Below are positions 54,721 through 64,000 of a stretch of 64,000 nucleotides of DNA, piece by piece. The stretch is taken from NCBI RefSeq assembly GCF_009914755.1, contig NC_060933.1. The stretch is one strand, 5' to 3'. The translations under genes were made by a program, and so were the position numbers. Position 1 is the first letter of the stretch. Each line of letters starts with the position of its first letter. This DNA comes from the human T2T-CHM13v2.0 reference genome, Homo sapiens. Below the pieces are notes generated by a model. The model searched no databases. It had not been told where the DNA came from and worked only from the letters and a program-made list of their open reading frames with translations.

Positions 54721-57700
54721 TTCCATTCCATTCCATTCCATTCCATTCCGTTCCATTCCATTTCATTACATTCAGATTGATTCTATTCAATTCCCTTACA
54801 CTCCATTATATTCCAATCCATTCTGGTTGTCTCCATTCCATTCCATTCCATTTCACTCCATTCCATTGCACTCGGGTTGATTCCATTCCATTCCATTCCA
54901 TTGCATTCCACTCCTTTCCATTCCGGATGATTCCATTCCATTGCATTCCATTCCATTCCATTCCCCTGCACTCGGGTTGATTCCATTCCATTCCATTCCA
55001 TTACATTCCGTTCCATTCCATTCCATTCCATTCGGATTGATTCTATTCAATTCCCTTACACTCCATTACATTACATTCCATTCGGGTAGTTTCCATTCCA
55101 TTCCATTCCATTCCTCTCCATTCCATTGCACTCGGGTTGATTCCATTCCATTGCATTCCATTCCATTCCATTCCATTCCATTCCATTCCATTCCATTCCG
55201 TTCCATTCCATTACATTCGGATTGATTCTATTCAACTCCCTTACTCTCCATTACATTCCATTACATTCGGGTTGTTCCATTCCATTCCATTCCATTCCAT
55301 TCCATTCCATTCCATTCCGGATGATTCCATTCCATTGCATTCCGTTCCATTACATTCCCCTGCACTCGGGTTGATTCCATTCCATTCCATTCCATTCCAT
55401 TCGATTCCATTCCATTCCAATTCTTTCCATTCCATTCTATTCCGTACCATTCCATTCCATTCCATACAATTCCATTCCATTCCATTCCACTCCGTTGCGT
55501 TCCGTTCCGTTCTGTTCCGTTCCATTCCATTCCATTCCATTCTATTCGGTTTAATTCCATTCCATTCCATTCCATTCCATTCCATTCCATTCCATTCCAT
55601 TCCATTCTATTCCATTCCATTGCAATCGAGTTGAATCCATTGCATTCCATTCCATTCCATTCCATTCCATTCAATTCCGGAAGATTCCATTCCATTGCAT
55701 TCCATTCCATTCCATTCCATTCCATTCCATTCCATTCCATTCCATTCCATTGTACTCGGGTTGATTCCATTCCATTGCATTCCATTCCATTCCATTCCAT
55801 TCCATTCCATTCCATTCCGTTCCATTCCATTCCATTACATTCGGATTGATTCTTTTCAACTCCCTTACTCTCCATTACATTCCATTCCATTCGGGTTGTT
55901 CCATTCCATTCCTTTCCATTCCACTCCATTCCATTGCACTCGGGTTGATTCCATTCCATTCCATTCCACTCCATTCCGGATGATTCCATTCCATTGCACT
56001 CCGTTCCATTACGTTCCCCTGCACTCGGGTTGATTCCATTCCATTCCTTTCCATTCCATTCGATTCCATTCCATTCCCCTGTACTCGCGTTGATTCCATT
56101 CCATTCCATTCCGTTCCATTCCATTCCATTCCTTTCCTTTCCTTTCCTTTCCATTCCATTCCACTCCATTCCATTCCGTTCCGTTCCATTCCATTCCATT
56201 CCATTCTATTCGGGTTAATTCCATTCCATTCCATTCGATTGCAATCGAGTTGATTCCATTCCATTCCATTCCATTCCAGTCCTTTCCATTCCTTTGCATT
56301 CCATTACAGATGATTCCATTCCATTGCATTCCATTCCATTCCATTCCCCTGTACTCGGGTTGATTCCATTCCATTCCATTCCAATCCATGCCATTCCACT
56401 CGTGTTGATTCCATTCTTTCCTTTCCATTCAAGTTGAATCCATTCCATTGCATTCCATTCCATTTGATTCCATTCGATTGCACTCGGGTTGATTCCATTC
56501 CATTGCATTCCATTCCATTCCATTCCATTCCATTCCGTTCCATTCCATTCCATTTCATTACATTCAGATTGATTCTATTCAATTCCCTTACACTCCATTA
56601 TATTCCAATCCATTCTGGTTGTCTCCATTCCATTCCATTCTATTTCACTCCATTCAATTGCACTCGGGTTGATTCCATTCCATTCCATTCCATTGCATTC
56701 CATTCCATTCCATTCCGGATGATTCCATTCCATTGCATTCCATTCCATTCCATTCCCCTGCACTCGGGTTGATTCCATTCCATTCCATTCCATTACATTC
56801 CGTTCCATTCCATTCCATTCCATTCGGATTGATTCTATTCAATTCCCTTACACTCCATTACATTCCATTCCATTCGGGTAGTTTCCATTCCATTCCATTC
56901 CATTCCTCTCCATTCCATTGCACTCGGGTTGATTCCATTCCATTCCTTTCCATTCCATTCCATTACATTCCATTCCATTCCGTTCCATTGTACTCGGGTT
57001 GATTCCATTCCATTGCATTCCATTCCATTCCATTCCATTCCATTCCATTCCATTCCATTCCGTTCCATTCCATTACATTCGGATTGATTCTATTCAACTC
57101 CCTTACTCTCCATTACATTCCATTCCATTCGGGTTGTTCCATTCCATTCCATTCCATTCCACTCCATTCCATTGCGCTCGGGTTGATTCCATTCCATTCC
57201 ATTCCATTCCATTCCATTCCATTCCATTCCATTCCGGATGATTCCATTCCATTGCATTCCGTTCCATTACATTCCCCTGCACTCGGGTTGATTCCATTCC
57301 ATTCCATTCCATTCCATTCCATTCCATCCCATTCCAATTCTTTCCATTCCATTCTATTCCGTACCATTCCATTCCATTCCATACAATTCCATTCCATTCC
57401 ATTCCACTCCGTTCCCTTCCGTTCCTTTCTGTTCCGTTCCATTCCATTCCATTCCATTCTATTCGGTTTAATTCCATTCCATTCCATTCCATTCCATTCC
57501 ATTCCATTCCATTCTATTCCATTCCATTGCAATCGAGTTGAATCCATTGCATTCCATTCCATTCCATTCCATTCCATTCAATTCCGGAAGATTCCATTCC
57601 ATTGCATTCCATTCCATTCCATTCCATTCCATTCCATTCCATTCCATTCCATTCCATTCCATTCCTTTCCATTCCATTACTGATGATTCGATTCCATTGC

Positions 57701-60700
57701 ATTCCATTCCATTCCATTCCCCTGTACTCGGGTTGATTCCATTCCATTGCATTCCAATCCATGCCCTTCCACTCGTGTTGATTCCATTCTTTCCATTCCA
57801 TTCAAGTTGAATCCATTCCGTTGCATTCCATTCCATTGGATTCCATTCGATTGCACTCGGGTTGATTCCATTCCACTGCATTCCATTCCATTCCATTGCA
57901 TTCCATTCCATTCCATTCCGTTCCTTTCCATTCCATTACATTCGGATTGATTATATTCAATTCCCTTACACTCCATTACATTCCATTCCATTCGGGTAGT
58001 TTCCATTCCATTCCATTCCATTCCTCTCCATTCCATTGCACTCGGGTTGATTCCATTCCATTGCATTCCATTCCATTCCATTCCTTTCCATTGCATTATG
58101 GATGATTCCATTCCATTGCATTCCATTCCATTCCATTCCCCTGTACTCGTGTTGATTCCATTCCATTCCATTCCAATCCATGCCATTCCACTCGTGTTGA
58201 TTCCATTCTTTCCATTCCATTCAAGTTGAATCCATTCCATTGCATTCCATTCCTTTCAATTCCATTCTATTGCACTCGGGTTGATTCAATTCCATTGCAT
58301 TGCATTCCATTCCATTCCGTTGCATTCCATTCCATTACATTCGGATTGATTCTATTCAACTCCCTTACTCTCCATTACATTCCATTCCATTCGTGTTGTT
58401 CCATTCCATTCCATTCCACTCCATTCCATTGCACTCTGGTTGATTCCATTCCATTCCATTCCATTCCATTCCATTCCGGATGATTCCATTCCATTGCATT
58501 CCGTTCCATTACATTCCCCTGCACTCGCGTTGATTCCATTCCATTCCATTCCATTCCATTCAATTCCATTCCATTACAATTCGTTCCATTCCATTCTATT
58601 CCGTACCATTCCATTCCATTCCATACCATTCCATTCCATTCCATTCCGTTCCATTCCGTTCCATTCCATTCCATTCCATTCTATTCGGGTTAATTCCATT
58701 CCATTCCATTCCATTCCATTCCATTCTATTCCATTCCATTGCAATCGAGTTGAATCCATTGCATTACATTCCATTCCATTCCATTCCATTCCATTCCGGA
58801 AGATTCCATTCCATTGCATTCCACTCCATTCCATTCCCCTGCACTCGCGTTGATTCCATTCCATTCCATTCCATTCCATGCCATCCATTCCGTTCCGTTC
58901 CGTTCCATTCCATTCCATTCCATTCCCTTCCATTCCGTTCCGTTCCATTCCATTCCATTCCATTCCATTCTCTTCGGGTTAATTCCATTCCATTCCATTC
59001 GATTGCAATCGAGTTGATTCCATTCCATTCCATTCCATTCCATTCCATTCCATTCCATTCCATTCCTTTCCATTCCATTACGGATGATTCCATTCCATTG
59101 CATTCCATTCCATTCCATTCCCCTGTACTCGGGTTGATTCCATTCCATTCCATTCCAATCCATGCCATTCCACTCGTGTTGATTCCATTCTTTCCATTCC
59201 ATTCAAGTTGAAACAATTCCATTGCATTCCATTCCATTCGATTCCATTCGATTGCACTCGGGTTGATTCCATTCCATTGCATTCCATTCCATTCCATTCC
59301 ATTCCATTCCGTTCCATTCCATTCCATTACATTCGGATTGATTCTATTCAATTCCCTTACACTCCATTACATTCCATTCCATTCGGGTAGTTTCCATTCC
59401 ATTCCATTCCATTCCTCTCCATTCCATTGCACACGGGTTGATTCCATTCCATTGCATTCCATTCCATTCCATTCAATTCCATTCCGTTCCATTCCATTCC
59501 ATTACATTTGGATTGATTCTGTTCAACTCCCTTACTCTCCATTACATTACATTCCATTCGGGTTGTTCCATTCCATTCCATTCCATTCCACTCCATTCCA
59601 TTGCTCTCGGGTTTATTCCATTCCATTCCATTCCATTCCATTCCATTCCGGAAGATTCCATTGCATTGCATTCCATTCCATTCCCATGCACTCGCGTTGA
59701 TTCCATTCCATTCCATTCCATTCCATTCCATTCCATTCCATTCCTTTCCGTTCCGTTCCATTCCATTCCATTCCATTCCAATCCATTCCGTTCCGTTCCG
59801 TTCCATTCCATTCCATTCCATTCCATTCCATTGCTTTCCGTTCCATTCCATTCCATTCCATTCCATTCCAATCCATTCCATTCCGTTCCGTTCCGTTCCA
59901 TTCCATTCCATTCCATTCTATTCGGGTTAGTTCCATTCCATTCCATTCGATTGCAATCGAGTTTATTCCATTCCATTCTATTCCATTCCATTCCATTCCA
60001 TTCCATTCCTTTCCATTCCATTCCATTACAGATGATTCCATTCCATTGCATTCCATTCAATTCCATTCCCCTGTACTCGAGTTGATTCCATTGCATTCCA
60101 TTACAATCCATGCCATTCCACTCGTGTTGATTCCATTCTTTCCATTCCATTTAAGTTGAATCCATTCCATTTCATTCCATTCCATTCCATTCCCCTGCAG
60201 TCGGGTTGATTCCATTCCATTCCATTCCATTCCATTCCATTCCATTCCATTGCGTTCCGTTCCATTCTATTCCTTTCCATTCTATTCGGGTTAATTCCAT
60301 TCCATTCCATTCCATTCCATTCCATTCCAATCGAGTTGATTCCATTCCATTCCATTCCATTCCATTCCACTCCATTCCAGTCCTTTCCATTCCATTCCAC
60401 TCGGGTTGATTCCAAAGTATTCCTTTCCATTCCATTCCATTCCATTGCAATCGAGTTGATTCCATTGCTTTGCATTCCATTCCATTCCATTCCATTCTGG
60501 ATGATTCCATTCCATTGCATTCCATTCCATTCCATTCCCCTGCACTCGGGTTGATTCCATTCCATTCCACTCCATTCCGTTCCATTCCATTCCACTCCAT
60601 TGTATTCGGGTTAATTCCATTCCATTCCATTCCATTCCATTCCATTACAATCGAGTTGATTCCATTCCATTCCATTCCAGTCCAGTCTTTTCCATTCCAT

Positions 60701-61769
60701 TCCACTCGGGTTGATTCCATTGTATTAGTTTCCATTCCATTCCATTCCCTTCCATTCCACTCTGGTTGATACCATTCCTTTCCATTCCAATCGAATACAT
60801 TCCCTCCTATTCCACTCGGAACGATTCCATTCCATTCCATTCCATTCCATTCCATTCCATTCCATTCCATTCCATTTCGTTCCATTCCATTCCATTTCGT
60901 TGCATTCCATTCCATTACATTCGGATTGATTCTATTCTACTCCCTTACTCTGCATTCCATTCCATTCCATTCGGGTTGTTCCATTCCATTCCATTCCATT
61001 CCACTCCTTTCCATTGCACTCGGGTTCATTCCATTCCATTCCATACCATTCCATTCCATTCCATTCCATTCCATTACGTTCCATTCCGTTCCATTCCATT
61101 CCATTCCATTCTATTCGGATTAATTCCATTCCATTCCATTCCATTCCATTCTATTCCATTCCATTGCAATCGAGTTGAATCCATTGCATTTCATTCCATT
61201 CCATTCCATTCCATTCCATTCCGGAAGATTCCATTCCATTGCATTCCATTCCATTCCATTCCCCTGCACTCGCGTTGATTCCATTCCATTCCATTCCATT
61301 CCATTCCATTCCATTCCGTTCCGTTCCATTCCATTCCATTGCATTCCATTCCATTCCGTTCCGTTCCATTCCATTACATTCGGATTGATTCTATTCAATT
61401 CCCTTACACTCCATTACATTCCATTCCATTCGGGTAGTTTCCATTCCATTCCATTCCATTCCTCTCCATTCCATTGCACTCGGGTTGATTCCATTCCATT
61501 GCATTCCATTCCATTCCATTCAATTCCATTCCGTTCCATTCCATTCCATTACATTCGGATTGATTCCATTCAACTCCCTTACTCTCCATTACATTTATTC
61601 CATTCGGGTTTTTCCATTCCATTCCACTCCATTCCACTCCATTCCATTGCACTGGGGTTTATTCCATTCCATTCCATTCCATTCCATTCCATTCCATTCC
61701 ATTCCATTCCGGAAGATTCCATTCCATTGCATTCCATTCCATTCCATTCCCCTGCACTTGCGTTGATTC

Positions 61770-62880
61770 CATTCCATTCCATTCCATTCCATTCCATTCC
61801 ATTCCATTCCTTTCCGTTCCATTCCATTCCATTCCATTCCATTCCATTCCAATCCTTTCCATTCCGTTCTGTTCCGTTCCATTCCATTCCATTCCATTCT
61901 ATTCGTGTTAATTCCATTCCATTCCATTCGATTGCAATCGAGTTGATTCCATTCCATTCCATTCCATTCCATTCCATTCCATTCCTTTCCATTCCATTAC
62001 GGATGATTCCATTCCATTGAATTCCATTCCATTCCATTCCCCTGTACTCGGGTTGATTCCATTCCATTCCATTCCAATCCATGCCATTCCACTCGTGTTG
62101 ATTCCATTCTTTCCATTCCATTCAAGTTGAATCCATTCCATTGCATTCCATTCCATTCCATTCCCCTGCAGTCGGGTTTATTCCATTCCATTCCATTCCA
62201 TTCCATTCCATTCCGTTCCGTTCCATTCCATTCCATTCCATTCTATTCGGGTTAATTCTTTTCCATTCCATTCCATTCCATTCCATTCCAATCGAGTTGA
62301 TTGCATTCCATTCCATTCCATTCCATTCCATTCCATTCCATTCCATTCCTTTCCGTTCCATTCCATTCCATTCCATTCCATTCCAATCCTTTCCATTCCG
62401 TTCTGTTCCGTTCCATTCCATTCCATTCCATTCTATTCGGGTTAATTCCATTCCATTCCATTCGATTGCAATCGAGTTGATTCCATTCCATTCCATTCCA
62501 TTCCATTCCATTCCATTCCATTCCTTTCCATTCCATTACGGATGATTCCATTCCATTGAATTCCATTCCATTCCATTCCCCTGTACTCGGGTTGATTCCA
62601 TTCCATTCCATTCCAATCCATGCCATTCCACTCGTGTTGATTCCATTCTTTCCATTCCATTCAAGTTGAATCCATTCCATTGCATTCCATTCCATTCCAT
62701 TCCCCTGCAGTCGGGTTTATTCCATTCCATTCCATTCCATTCCATTCCATTCCATTCCATTCCATTCCATTCCATTCCATTCCGTTCCGTTCCATTCCAT
62801 TCCATTCCATTCTATTCGGGTTAATTCTTTTCCATTCCATTCCATTCCATTCCATTCCAATCGAGTTGATTGTATTCCAT
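61770..62880 (+). repeat. ~0.54 kb tandem duplication
   Basis: Offset 534-569. Private variants: aatcctttccattccgttctg (61851/62385), ccattgaattcc (~62014/62553), gtcgggttta (62171/62710), gttaattcttttcc (62251/62820). Confidence 0.9.
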
Positions 62881-64000
62881 TCCATTCCATTCCATTCCAC
62901 TCCATTCGTTTGCACTTGGGTTGATTCCATTCCATTCCATTCCATTCCATTCCATTCCGGATGATTCCATTCCATTGCATTCCGTTCCATTACATTCCCC
63001 TGCACTCGCGTTGATTTCATTCCATTCCATTCCATTCCATTCCATTCAATTCCATTCCATTACAATTCATTCCATTCCATTCTATTCCGTACCATTCCAT
63101 TCCATTCCATACCATTCCATTCCATTCTATTCCGAACCATTCCATTCCATTCCATACCATTCCATTCCATTCCATTCCATTCCATTCCATTCCATTCCTT
63201 TCCGTTCCGTTCCATTCCATTTCGTTGCATTCCATTCTATTCCGTATCATTCCATTCCATTCCATTCCATTCCATTCCATTCCATTCCATTCCATTGTAC
63301 TCGGGTTGATTCCATTCCATTGCATTCCATTCCATTCCATTCCATTGCATTCCATTCCATTACATTCGGATTGATTCTATTCAACTCCCTTACTCTCCAT
63401 TACATTACATTCCATTCCATTCGGGTTGTTCCATTCCATTCCATTCCATTCCACTCCATTCCATTGCACTCGGGTTGATTCCATTCCATTCCATTCCATT
63501 CCATTCCATTCCGGATGATTCCATTCCATTGCATTCCTTTCCATTACATTCCCCTGCTCTCGCGTTGATTCCATTCCATTCCATTCCATTCCAATCAATT
63601 CCATTCCATTACAATTCGTTCCATTCCATTCTATTCCGTACCATTCCATTCGATTCCATACCATTCCATTCCATTCCATTCCATTCCATTCCGTTCCATT
63701 CCGTTCCATTCCATACCATTCCATTCTATTCGGATTAATTCCATTCCATTACATTCCATTACATTCTATTCCATTCCATTCCATTGTATTCCATTCCATT
63801 GCAATCGAGTTGAATCCATTGCATTTCATTCCATTCCAATCCATTCAATTCCATTCCGGAAGATTCCATTCCATTGCATTCCATTCCATTCCATTCCCCT
63901 GCAATCGCGTTGATTCCATTCCATTCCATTCCATTCCATTCCGTTTTGTTCCATTCCATTCCATTCCATTCCATTCCATTCCATTCCGTTCTGTTCCATT

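Larger units (their letters stand above)
1..64000 (+). repeat. Human/primate satellite 3 (HSat3, SatIII) array, (CATTC)n on + strand, single orientation throughout
   Basis: Every line is dominated by CATTC pentamers. The interspersed decamer ACTCGGGTTG (reverse complement CAACCCGAGT, the classical satellite-3 diagnostic; first copy at 14-23) recurs every ~100-300 bp. The + strand is very G-poor and the array runs off both window ends. The subfamily and chromosome cannot be fixed from sequence alone. The lack of a constant HOR would fit a chr9q12-type array, but that is inference. Confidence 0.97.
1..64000. promoter_or_regulatory. Dense array of TEAD/MCAT-type motifs (CATTCC / GGAATG) intrinsic to the repeat unit
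   Basis: Any two adjacent canonical pentamers create CATTCCA, the TEAD MCAT core, so there are thousands of copies. Motif match only. Confidence 0.45.
1..64000 (-). ncRNA. Potential template for stress-induced SatIII lncRNA (GGAAU-rich strand)
   Basis: Family knowledge only: HSF1-driven SatIII transcripts of nuclear stress bodies are mainly the G-rich strand. No start site, end or transcript is visible in this sequence. Confidence 0.2.

Noticed and set aside
1-64000. CRISPR-like pattern of recurring conserved motifs separated by spacers
   Set aside because: The 'spacers' are just variable numbers of CATTC units, not unique sequence. There are no cas genes or leader, and the context is eukaryotic satellite.
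1-64000. HSat2, alpha satellite / CENP-B boxes, telomeric repeat
   Set aside because: There is no dominant CATTCGATTC-type 23/26-bp HSat2 unit, no 171-bp monomer and no TTAGGG tract. Long pure CATTC runs with CAACCCGAGT indicate HSat3.
1-64000. Large strand inversion or L1/Alu/ERV insertion
   Set aside because: CATTC stays on the + strand throughout. I saw no poly(A), no target-site duplication and no non-satellite stretch longer than a few tens of bp.
1-64000. Assignment to DYZ1 (Yq12) or another fixed-period HSat3 array, or a firm chr9 call
   Set aside because: No constant ~3.6 kb or ~1.8 kb period is visible. A chr9-type assignment is plausible but needs k-mer classification or alignment that I cannot run.

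Overview
The whole 64 kb window is one uninterrupted block of primate (most likely human) classical satellite 3 (HSat3/SatIII). It consists of (CATTC)n on the + strand and (GGAAT)n on the - strand, punctuated by the diagnostic ACTCGGGTTG (= CAACCCGAGT) decamer and a small set of other recurrent variant motifs. I see no credible gene, RNA gene, transposon insertion, strand inversion or unique sequence. All listed ORFs are artefacts of a pentamer that has no stop codon in any frame. There is no single fixed higher-order period. Instead the array is a mosaic of about a dozen modules reshuffled by nested tandem duplications of ~7.0 kb, ~2.5 kb, ~2.2 kb, ~1.04 kb, ~0.7 kb and ~0.54 kb. The most notable observations are: (i) about 45 perfect three-unit heat-shock elements (nTTCn-nGAAn-nTTCn, mostly aTTCcgGAAgaTTCc) that sit one base away from a frequent non-HSE paralogue (GGATG); (ii) a pentamer register that slips almost only by -1 and almost only at two fixed motifs; (iii) recurrent palindromic interruptions; (iv) a very young ~7 kb duplication whose copies differ mostly by pentamer slippage. 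I found no novel protein-coding system. All counts were made by eye and are approximate.
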